A stretch of 64,000 bases of DNA. Source: Dehalococcoidia bacterium. GTDB taxonomy: Bacteria; Chloroflexota; Dehalococcoidia; Lucifugimonadales; Lucifugimonadaceae. Where the stretch lies: positions 13,786-77,785 of the forward strand of contig JAPYUK010000002.1 of assembly GCA_029936155.1 (NCBI GenBank), in the 5' to 3' direction. The notes under the pieces are model-generated. The model was given only the letters and a program-made list of their open reading frames with translations, had not been told where the DNA came from and did not search any database. Position 1 is the first letter of the stretch. Every line of letters starts with the position of its first letter. Of this stretch, positions 17,484-26,012 are shown one piece after another. Position numbers and translations under genes: made by a program.

Positions 17484-17735
17484 ATGCCACCACTTCCAAA
17501 GAAAAAACATACTCGAGCTCGCAAGGGCGGACGAAACGCACACAACGCTATTAAGTTGCCAGCGTCTTCAGTTTGCCCGTGTTCACGGCAGGAACGAATC
17601 CAGCCGCACATTGCATGCCCGGAGTGTGGAAACTTCAAGGGTCGCACGATGCCAGGCAACTGGCCTCAGGTGAACCTACTCGAACAGGTAGCGCCAATTG
17701 CGGTAGCAGCCTCTTCAGACGAGTCAGATTCCTAG
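17484..17735 (+). CDS. rpmF: 50S ribosomal protein bL32 (C-terminally extended)
   Basis: MPPLPKKKHTRARKGGRNAH...PHIACPECGNFKGR; yceD-rpmF-fabD synteny. Confidence 0.92.
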   Translation: MPPLPKKKHTRARKGGRNAHNAIKLPASSVCPCSRQERIQPHIACPECGNFKGRTMPGNWPQVNLLEQVAPIAVAASSDESDS

Positions 17736-17765
17736 TTACTGCGCAAGCAGGAGAGTTACTCCGGT

Positions 17766-18713
17766 ATGATCACCCAGGCAGCTTCGAAAATTGCGTTCTT
17801 ATTCCCAGGCCAGGGCTCCCAAGCCGTTGGTATGGGCAAGGACCTTTATCTGAATTCAGTCGCAGCACGTGAAGTGTTCGACGAAATCGATGACACGCTG
17901 GGTCGTAAGCTTTCGACCATGATGTTCGAGGGTCCTGACGAAGAGCTTCGTCAGACCGAGAACACTCAGCCCGCCATCATGGCAACTTCAATTGCCACGT
18001 GGCGAGCGATGGAAGAGGCGACGGGGGTCTTGCAGATTCCCAACGCTGCAGCGGGTCATTCACTGGGTGAGTATTCCGCACTTGCAGTTTCGGGTGTGCT
18101 TAGCGTTACCGACGCTGTAAAACTGGTTCTAGAGCGTGGTCGGCTTATGCAGGGTGCCTGTGAAGAGCGACCGGGCGGTATGGCCGCACTGATTGGTCTG
18201 GATGAAGTAACCGCCGAAGAGATATGTCGAGAGTCTGGCGCACAAATATCGACTATCAACACCGAGCAGCAGATTATTCTCGCCGGTGACCACCGCAGCC
18301 TCGCAATGGCAATCGATATCGCCAGCGCTCGAGGCGCCAAGAAGGCCATTCCGCTACAGGTTGGCGGAGCTTTCCACTCAGGTTTGATGAGCCCGGCTCA
18401 GAGCGGCCTGAACGATATGATCGATTCCCTAACGTTCCACGATCCGCTTGTTCCGCTTGTGGGTAACGTAACTGCCAAATCTCTAGGTACTGCCGAGGAA
18501 GTTCGTGAAGAGCTTCGATTGCAGCTGACTTCGTGCGTGCAGTGGAACAACACCGTGAAGTTCATGCTGAACGACGGAATTACGAGCTTCTATGAGATCG
18601 GCCACGGACGAATTCTTTCCGGAATGGTAAAGAAGATCGACCGTAGCGCGAGCATTGCCAACATTGGCGACTTCGCATCAGTACTTAAGTACGCCACTGC
18701 TTCGGCTTCATAG
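17766..18713 (+). CDS. fabD: Malonyl-CoA:ACP transacylase
   Basis: FPGQGSQ, TQPAI, GHSLGEY, RGRLMQ, AFHS. Confidence 0.97.
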   Translation: MITQAASKIAFLFPGQGSQAVGMGKDLYLNSVAAREVFDEIDDTLGRKLSTMMFEGPDEELRQTENTQPAIMATSIATWRAMEEATGVLQIPNAAAGHSLGEYSALAVSGVLSVTDAVKLVLERGRLMQGACEERPGGMAALIGLDEVTAEEICRESGAQISTINTEQQIILAGDHRSLAMAIDIASARGAKKAIPLQVGGAFHSGLMSPAQSGLNDMIDSLTFHDPLVPLVGNVTAKSLGTAEEVREELRLQLTSCVQWNNTVKFMLNDGITSFYEIGHGRILSGMVKKIDRSASIANIGDFASVLKYATASAS

Positions 18714-18780
18714 GTTTTTTCGCACCGTCTTTCTTGACCCAATTTTCGAGTAAGTAACCAGCCCTTCGGGTCAATTCACC

Positions 18781-19272
18781 GTGTCTTCTGCCGATTCAAA
18801 GTACGCTCCCCAGGACCCCGACCGTTTAGACGAACTGGTCGATGGTGATCTCGTTGGTGAGAGCGATCCACCGATCCGCGGCGGCCGTACCGGTTCCCGC
18901 GCCGCCGCTGTGCAGGCGCTCTATGAGTCCGATTCCTCCGGACACCCGGCCGTCGCAACTATCAACCGTCTCGCCGCTGAGCGAGAGTTTACTGACGACG
19001 GCCTTGATTTTGCAACGCGTCTGGTGCGAGTGTGTGAAGAACAGCGAATTGAGCTGGATTCACGCATCGCCAAGATAGCGTCTCACTACCCTACCGATCA
19101 GATGCCGCTCGTAGAACGCAACGTTTTACGGGTTGCGATAGCCGAGTTGGAGATGGAAGACGCAGCTCCTCAAAACGTAGTGGCGAACGAAGCGGTGGAA
19201 TTGGCCCGATTATTCGGGTCGGATTCGTCGCCAAAATTCGTGAACGGAGTGCTTGGTGCTCTGCTAGCATAG
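18781..19272 (+). CDS. nusB: Transcription antitermination factor NusB
   Basis: R..AVQALYE, ERNVLR, NEAVELARLFG, FVNGVLG. Confidence 0.93.
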   Translation: MSSADSKYAPQDPDRLDELVDGDLVGESDPPIRGGRTGSRAAAVQALYESDSSGHPAVATINRLAAEREFTDDGLDFATRLVRVCEEQRIELDSRIAKIASHYPTDQMPLVERNVLRVAIAELEMEDAAPQNVVANEAVELARLFGSDSSPKFVNGVLGALLA

Positions 19273-19368
19273 GTTGCCGTCCGACCATGCGAGTGGGCGG
19301 GCATGATTTGAAAAATACAAGTTCGAGCGGGGCGGCCGTCTCGCCAGACCTCCCGGGGGTTGAAGTAC

Positions 19369-19626
19369 ATGGCCAGTGTGTTGGATCGAGTCCGCGATAT
19401 TGCGGCCGACAAGCTTAGTTGGGATGCCTCAGATATTTCGGCAGGATCATCTTTTACCGAGGATCTAAACGCCGACTCTCTCGACGTTGTCGAGCTGATC
19501 ATGGCAATTGAAGAGGAATTTGGTACAGATGACCAGCCTCTAGAGATCTCAGATGAGCACGCCGAGAATATCAAGACCGTTCAGGATGCAGTAACGTACC
19601 TGTCCGATCGCGGTATTACCGACTAG
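19369..19626 (+). CDS. acpP: Acyl carrier protein
   Basis: [20 protein letters not shown] phosphopantetheine motif. Confidence 0.97.
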   Translation: MASVLDRVRDIAADKLSWDASDISAGSSFTEDLNADSLDVVELIMAIEEEFGTDDQPLEISDEHAENIKTVQDAVTYLSDRGITD

Positions 19627-19674
19627 TCGTTCTGGTTCTTTATAGGACAATTCGCGAATGCGAGGCGTCCGTAC

Positions 19675-19725
19675 AAAAACCGCATTCGTTCTCATCATCT
19701 TGTAGTTGAGAGCGGTGCGGTTTTT
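19675..19725 (+). terminator. Intrinsic terminator after acpP
   Basis: aaaaaccgcattcgttctca...tgagagcggtgcggttttt long imperfect stem with T tail. Confidence 0.7.
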
Positions 19726-19809
19726 CGCGTCTGGTGTGCCAGATCCTTCTCAGTGTCGAATGCCTTGCCATTCTCACCCTATGACGATCTGACTTGGGAG
19801 ACCTGATCG

Positions 19810-20100
19810 ATGACAGTTAGGGCTGATCTGAATAAAATCTTCGGACGAGAAGCCACCCAAAGCGAACTCGCCTCCGCTTTGGATGGCTCCTTTGACGGGA
19901 GCGGCGGGCTTGTGATGCTTGTTAACGAACCCGGGATCGGAAAGACTCGTCTTGCACAAAAACTGCTGTCTACAGCTGGTGGTGGGAAAATATTGATGGT
20001 GCGTGGTACAGCGCGTCATGCACCTGCACTGGAGCTACTGGTCGACAAAACCGGTGATGTGGTTTTGGCTCTCGGAGGCAATCAATCATTTGCCCCGTGA
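19810..20100 (+). pseudogene. N-terminal fragment of an AAA_16/MalT-type ATPase regulator
   Basis: IFGRE..SEL..AL....GSGGLVMLV(N)EPGIGKTRLA..L is the typical start of these ATPases; Walker A G>N, and the ORF ends after about 95 aa. Confidence 0.65.
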
Positions 20101-20373
20101 TGCACCTCCGGTGCTCGAACCCATCTCACTACTCAGGCAAGAAATGGGTTTCGAGTACATCTCTCTGATTTTCTCGTTAGACGCGGGATCACACGCGTCG
20201 CGAACGGTCATGCTCGCGGCGGGTGTGAGCTTAATAGCGAACATAGATACCGATGCTGCCTACTGTCAGCTCTTTCCCGCAGGGGGAAGGTCGCGGCATA
20301 TGTTGTGTGATAACTTGAGGAACAACTACCCACGTCCGTTTCTGGACTTTGCTTCCCTCTGAACCGCTAAACG

Positions 20374-20994
20374 TTGACTACTGGCGATACCCGACCTTCC
20401 TGGACTTCGATTGAAGAAATCGGTGATGTGGTACGTTCGTGTACAAAATGCGCCCTCCATAAAGGTCGTGTCAACGCTGTTCCGGGGAGTGGCTCTGCCA
20501 ACGCCAGGATTCTTATCATTGGCGAAGGGCCAGGGTTCAACGAAGACCAGCAGGGATTGCCATTTATCGGGCGTTCTGGCAAGTTGCTCGATGAGTTGCT
20601 GGCCACGGTGCCTATCGTCCGCGGCGACGTGTTTATTACGAACGTGGTGAAGTGCCGCCCACCTGACAATCGTGATCCATTGCCCGACGAAGTCATCGCA
20701 TGTCGCCCTTATTTGAAGCGACAAATGGAGCTGTTAGACCCTAGAGTGATAGTGACACTTGGCAGGCATTCGCTTCTCAGGTTCTATCCCGAAGGGAAAA
20801 TATCTAAGGACCACGGCAAGATTCTGCGCTGGGAAGGGCGAATACTATTCCCCCTCTATCATCCGGCTGCGGGCCTGAGAAACCCTGCGATAAAAAAACA
20901 ACTACAAGAAGACGTGCTTCGACTCACTGAAGCCGTGCGAGAGTCAATTCGACTGTCGGCCCCGGCACCACAGACCCCCCAACCAAGCACATAA
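20374..20994 (+). CDS. Uracil-DNA glycosylase family 4 ([4Fe-4S])
   Basis: CTKCAL, GEGPGFNED, PFIGRSG, NVVKCRPPDNRDP, YHPAA. Confidence 0.95.
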   Translation: MTTGDTRPSWTSIEEIGDVVRSCTKCALHKGRVNAVPGSGSANARILIIGEGPGFNEDQQGLPFIGRSGKLLDELLATVPIVRGDVFITNVVKCRPPDNRDPLPDEVIACRPYLKRQMELLDPRVIVTLGRHSLLRFYPEGKISKDHGKILRWEGRILFPLYHPAAGLRNPAIKKQLQEDVLRLTEAVRESIRLSAPAPQTPQPST

Positions 20995-21237
20995 GTATCC
21001 GAACCTCAAATCGCTGAGCAGCCAACTCCGCCAATAGCTGAAGTCCCAGAAACTCCCGAGGCTGAAGCGCAAATATCTGAACACAATTTACGAACGAAAC
21101 AACAGAAAAAGGAGATCGCCAGTTGGGAATGTTCTAAGCGCTGCGCAAAATAACTCGAGAATTTGTTGCCTGAAAACCAGGTCGGCGACTCGCGCGTAGT
21201 GCCCCCGTAACGTTCACGCTGGCATCATTTCAAACGT

Positions 21238-22911
21238 ATGACAACAAAGACTAACGACGCACCATGGGTTCGCGTCGTACCGCTTGGCGGTCTCGGTGAG
21301 ATCGGCAAGAACATGATGGTTCTCGAGACCGTCGACGATATCGTAGTGATCGACGCCGGAGTGCTGTTCCCCGAATGGAACATGCCCGGAATCGACGTGG
21401 TTATTCCGGATATGGACTATCTGGACGAGAACGCCGATCGAGTGCGAGCGCTGCTCATCACACACGGTCACGAAGACCATATCGGAGCCGTCCCGCACTT
21501 CCTGAAGCGGGTTAACGTGCCCGTTTACGCACCGGCGATGGCCGAAGCGCTGATTCAAGAAAAGCTACGACAAGCTCGCATGCGCGAACACTCTGAGGTA
21601 CGGATTGTTCACCCTGGTGAGCAGCATGAGATTGGCGATCTGAAGATCGAGTGGTTCGCACAGTGCCACTCGGTGCCGGATTCAACAGGAATCGCAATCG
21701 ACACGCCGGCAGGAGTGGTAATTCACACCGGTGACTTCAAGATCGACAATGCACCTGTTATCGGCAATCCAACGGATCTGGGTGTGCTTGCAGACATTTG
21801 CCAGGACGGCGCGCTGCTGTTGATGGCGGATTCGACTTATGCAGAGGAAGAGGGCTATTCGCCTTCGGATCGCGAGGTTGTCGATAACCTGCCCAACCTG
21901 ATTGGCGCAGCGAAAGATCGCGTCATAATTTCTAGCTTTGCATCGCAGATCGCACGAATTCAGATCGTCGCCGACGCCTGTGTGAAGCACAACCGCAAAC
22001 TGTGCGTACTGGGTCGCAGCATGATCAACAACACCAAGATCGGGCGTGAACTTGGGCATCTGGACATTCCAGGTGACTTGATCGTCACGGCGGCCGAAGC
22101 CAAGAGCCTGCCCGACGATAAGGTTTTGATACTCACGACGGGTAGCCAGGGCGAGCCGCAATCGGGTCTGGTTCGCATGTCTCGCAACGACCATCGCGAC
22201 ATCACGATTCAGGACAACGACACGATCATCATGTCGGCGAGCACGATTCCGGGTAACGAGGTGCCGGTCAACGAGTCGATCAACGATCTCGTTCGGCTCG
22301 GCGCTCGAGTGATCACGAATCACGAAACCCGAACGCACGTACCGGGTCACGCTCGCAAGGAAGAGCTGCGAATGCTGCTGAACGCCACACGGCCGAAGTA
22401 CTTCGTTCCGGTGCACGGCGAATATCGAATGCTCAAGGCCCATATCGATCTGGCAATTTCGACAGGCGTTAAAGAAGAAAACGCCTTCCTGCTGATCGAC
22501 GGCGACGTGCTTGAATTGGACCCTGACTCGGGTGAAGTAGTTGATCGCATCGAGGCCGGGCACATATTTGTGCACGGGCTTGGCATCTGGAACGAATCGG
22601 GCAACGTGGTTGTCGAGCGTCGATCGCTGCAGCACAACGGAGTCGTCTCGGTGGCCTTCTCACGAGACACTGTCGATGGATCGCTGGTTGGCAAGCCAAA
22701 AATCGTCTCAGTCGGGTTCGTTCACACAGAGGACTCGGAAGAGCTTTTACGCGAAGCTGAGGACGCACTGTCGCCCATCCTTGACCAGCATTTGAAGAAA
22801 GCAATAGAGTGGGGCGAGTTGGAAGGCATCGTACGAAACACAGTTGGAAGTTTCCTGGGTCGCCGAACTAAGAGGCGCCCGCTGATAATCACAAGCGCAA
22901 TTGACGTCTAA
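21238..22911 (+). CDS. rnj: Ribonuclease J
   Basis: PLGGLGEIGKNM, THGHEDHIGA, HTGDFK, TGSQGEP, HVPGHA, PVHGEYR. Confidence 0.97.
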   Translation: MTTKTNDAPWVRVVPLGGLGEIGKNMMVLETVDDIVVIDAGVLFPEWNMPGIDVVIPDMDYLDENADRVRALLITHGHEDHIGAVPHFLKRVNVPVYAPAMAEALIQEKLRQARMREHSEVRIVHPGEQHEIGDLKIEWFAQCHSVPDSTGIAIDTPAGVVIHTGDFKIDNAPVIGNPTDLGVLADICQDGALLLMADSTYAEEEGYSPSDREVVDNLPNLIGAAKDRVIISSFASQIARIQIVADACVKHNRKLCVLGRSMINNTKIGRELGHLDIPGDLIVTAAEAKSLPDDKVLILTTGSQGEPQSGLVRMSRNDHRDITIQDNDTIIMSASTIPGNEVPVNESINDLVRLGARVITNHETRTHVPGHARKEELRMLLNATRPKYFVPVHGEYRMLKAHIDLAISTGVKEENAFLLIDGDVLELDPDSGEVVDRIEAGHIFVHGLGIWNESGNVVVERRSLQHNGVVSVAFSRDTVDGSLVGKPKIVSVGFVHTEDSEELLREAEDALSPILDQHLKKAIEWGELEGIVRNTVGSFLGRRTKRRPLIITSAIDV

Positions 22912-25234
22912 AGCCAAACCAAAAGAAACCGGCGGGAACATCGCCGTGAAAGCAGGTCGATCGCTCGGCTCGCTGATGAAGCTTGTGGGTCGGCTTTTGG
23001 TCGCGGCTCCGGCGCAATTCTGGTTTGTGGTTGCGATAGCGGTGATTGCCGCGGTTGCGTACTTCTTTTTCCGCAACGCCACCGGAAAGCTAGTTGGCTT
23101 CTCGGCGGTTCCGATAGGGATGTGGCTGGTAGCCACGCTATTCCTCGTTGCGTTCAACAGGACCCAGCTGTCCAAGCGATGGCGTTGGATTGTTTCATCG
23201 CTGTCGCTATCGCTCGCAATTTCGGGTGGACTCGGGATTTTCTACGCCCCGCTGGCTTCGTTTACCGGCGAGACCTTTGGTGGCGACGTCGGCACGGCGA
23301 TTTCACGAGCACCGCTGGAATGGGATCGATTCGATGTAGGTATCTCTGAGTACGCAATCGCCTGGGTGCGGGTTGTTGCTCTGGCAGTGATTGCATTTGC
23401 TGTGGCATCGCCGGAGAGGGTCCAGAGAACTGGAGCAGGGGTCGCTTCGGCGACCATATTGGTATTTGCTGCATTAGCCAGTGGTGCGCAATCGCTGTGG
23501 GGCGGTATTGGTGAATGGCGAGATGAGCGGGCGAAGGCGAAAGCTCGATACGCTGCTGACAACGCCGAGTACGAGGCTGATCAGGCGACACAGGTGGCCG
23601 AGGCACAGGTAGCGGTCGAGGCTTCTGGCAAATCCGCTGACGCTGTGACCGCCGCTCAGGATGACTCGGCTGCGACCGCGGTCGTCGACCAGCCGATTGT
23701 CTCTAATGATTCAGAAGAGGCTCTCGCTCCCATAGGCGTCGCTTACCCAACCGACAGCGAAGTAGAGGAAGCGGAAGAGGCCGATGCGCCACTACCCGAC
23801 TATTCGGCCGCTCACAAATACCTGTGGCATCTGCCGAACTACGAGATGCTGGCAATCGCCAAACCGGGTGGAATCACAGACGACGAGGTGGCATCGACCA
23901 GCAGACGAGTTGAGGAATCGCTGAGCCAGTTTGGGATCGACGTGAGTGTCGACCAGGTGCGGCAGGGTCCAACCGTGACCATGTACGGACTCAGCCCGGG
24001 CTGGAAGGGTCGATCTGAAGAGAACACCGGTCAGCGGGTTCGGGTCGACACGATTCTCAATCGTGAGAAAGATATTGCGCTGGCGCTTGCGTCGCCTAAT
24101 TTGCGTTTCGAAGCGCCGGTTCCGGGTGAATCGGTGGTCGGAATCGAGGTTCCGAACTCGCACCCGACCGAGGTGACACTGCGGTCGGTGATGGACACGC
24201 CGGAATGGAACGCGTTCAAAGCGACAGCTGCACTGCCCGTTCCGCTGGGACTTGGGACCGGCGGTGATCCTGTGATGGCCGATCTGGCCCGAATGCCTCA
24301 CACGCTTGTGGCGGGGTCGACCGGATCAGGTAAAAGCGTTTGCATAAACGCGATTATCACCGGATTGATCATGACGAAGACACCGCTCGAACTGCGGCTG
24401 ATCATGATCGACCCGAAGCGGGTAGAGCTGACGCCGTACCAGGGTATTCCGCATCTCTATCACCCAGTAATTGTCGAAGCCGACAGGGCTGTGATAGTTC
24501 TGAAATCGCTGGTCGACGAGATGATGGGCCGGTTCCGCATGCTGGAACAGGCTGGTGTGAAGAACATCGCTTCGTACAACGAAACAGTGTCTGAGAAGAT
24601 GCCGTATCTGGTTATTCTCGTTGACGAGTTGGCGGACCTGATGCTGACTTCGGCTGGAGAAGTTGAACGCTTGTTGGTTCGATTGGCACAGTTGGGTCGG
24701 GCTACGGGCGTTCATCTTGTTGTGGCAACCCAGAGGCCGTCGGTAGACGTCGTTACGGGGTTGATCAAAGCGAACTTCCCGAGCCGTATTTCGTTTGCCG
24801 TGATGTCGCAGATCGACTCGCGAACGATTCTCGATTCGGTCGGCGCAGAGAAGCTGCTCGGTCGGGGGGACATGCTTTATATGCCGATCGACAAGCCCAA
24901 GCCATCTCGGGTACAGGGTGCTTTCCTGAACGATCACGAGATCGAGGGCGTTGTGAGTGCGTGGCAGAACATAGTTGCGCCGCGATTACCAGAGCTCGTG
25001 GTGTCATTTGACGACGCCGGGGCCGAGAACGGCACTACTTCGAGCGCGGTAGATGGCGATTCACTGTTCGACCAAGCTGTGAGCCTCACGCAGTCGCAGA
25101 AGACGCTTTCTGTGTCACTGTTGCAAAGGCGTTTGCGGATCGGGTATCCACGTGCGGCTCGACTGATGGATGAGCTTGAGGATGAAGGTGTTGTGGGTGC
25201 CGGAGAGCCCGGAAAGCCGCGTCCCGTTCTTTGA
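22901..25234 (+). CDS. ftsK: DNA translocase FtsK/SpoIIIE
   Basis: N-terminal TMs, GSTGSGKS, IDPKRVEL, VDELADLM, ATQRPSVDV, gamma domain LQRRLRIGYPRAARL. Confidence 0.96.
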   Translation: MTSKAKPKETGGNIAVKAGRSLGSLMKLVGRLLVAAPAQFWFVVAIAVIAAVAYFFFRNATGKLVGFSAVPIGMWLVATLFLVAFNRTQLSKRWRWIVSSLSLSLAISGGLGIFYAPLASFTGETFGGDVGTAISRAPLEWDRFDVGISEYAIAWVRVVALAVIAFAVASPERVQRTGAGVASATILVFAALASGAQSLWGGIGEWRDERAKAKARYAADNAEYEADQATQVAEAQVAVEASGKSADAVTAAQDDSAATAVVDQPIVSNDSEEALAPIGVAYPTDSEVEEAEEADAPLPDYSAAHKYLWHLPNYEMLAIAKPGGITDDEVASTSRRVEESLSQFGIDVSVDQVRQGPTVTMYGLSPGWKGRSEENTGQRVRVDTILNREKDIALALASPNLRFEAPVPGESVVGIEVPNSHPTEVTLRSVMDTPEWNAFKATAALPVPLGLGTGGDPVMADLARMPHTLVAGSTGSGKSVCINAIITGLIMTKTPLELRLIMIDPKRVELTPYQGIPHLYHPVIVEADRAVIVLKSLVDEMMGRFRMLEQAGVKNIASYNETVSEKMPYLVILVDELADLMLTSAGEVERLLVRLAQLGRATGVHLVVATQRPSVDVVTGLIKANFPSRISFAVMSQIDSRTILDSVGAEKLLGRGDMLYMPIDKPKPSRVQGAFLNDHEIEGVVSAWQNIVAPRLPELVVSFDDAGAENGTTSSAVDGDSLFDQAVSLTQSQKTLSVSLLQRRLRIGYPRAARLMDELEDEGVVGAGEPGKPRPVL

Positions 25235-25289
25235 GGGCGCCGCAGTGCTTGAGTATTTCTCGTGGAGTCACGGTCCAGGCAGTCAATCA

Positions 25290-25882
25290 CTTAGCAGACG
25301 CCTCAAGCGGCCAATGTACGACAACCTTGGGCGCGGTCCACATTTGCTGGTTAGAGACGGCGAGGCCTACTACACAGTGTGGGATGGTGCGATCGAAAAG
25401 CACATCGACGTAATCCAAGAGACCAAACCGTCACTTGCGGATGTCGAAGACTAAGTGCAGACGGTTCAGTGGATTTTTGCACTCGGGATCATCAGCGAAA
25501 TCTCTGTGCAAAATCAGGGATTTACGGTTGACGAACATCTATCGAGAACACGTGAAGAGACGACGTACGACGATATTGTCTGGGGTGTTCCGCTGATGTT
25601 GCCATTTGAGATGGCGGCTTTTGGAATCGGCTTCGACGAGAAACGGCAGTTTACTGCCTTCGTCATTGTTCACAATAGCACTGCCTCCGCTGAGACGAAT
25701 GCCAAAAGGCTCTGGTGAAGCGATTTGACGCTGTGAAGCCCCTGTACACCGACAGTTTGTACGATCTGTATGAACTGTAACTACAGATCTTTGACCGGTT
25801 CTTGATAGCCCGTGCTTATTTCGAAAATCCACCACCATTCTGGGTGTGGGGTGTGCCAAACACCGTTCTGATGCACGAGTAG
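25290..25882 (+). pseudogene. Degraded remnant of a hypothetical protein (C-terminal part)
   Basis: Two ORF-track entries abut in one frame across TAA 25452-54 (..KPSLADVED*VQTVQ..LMLPFEMAAFGIGFDE..VIVH..AETNAKRL); a further protein-like segment DRFLIARAYF..NTVLMHE* ends at 25882. Confidence 0.4.
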
Positions 25883-26012
25883 GTTGCTGTGACCGTTAGC
25901 AGGTGAGTGATGTTCGTTCTCAGCAGTCGAAGTCGGTTCGTGGGCTTAGAATGTATACAGGTGGCTTCTAATTCTCGGCCTGCCGACGATTTCAGGAGAT
26001 GAACGCGCCAAC

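Noticed and set aside
21682-22635. 317-aa antisense ORF (and similar long shadow ORFs at 39127-40116, 30426-31088, 24326-24937)
   Set aside because: They fully overlap confident genes (rnj, MFS, ftsK), carry no motifs, and are expected from codon bias at this GC content
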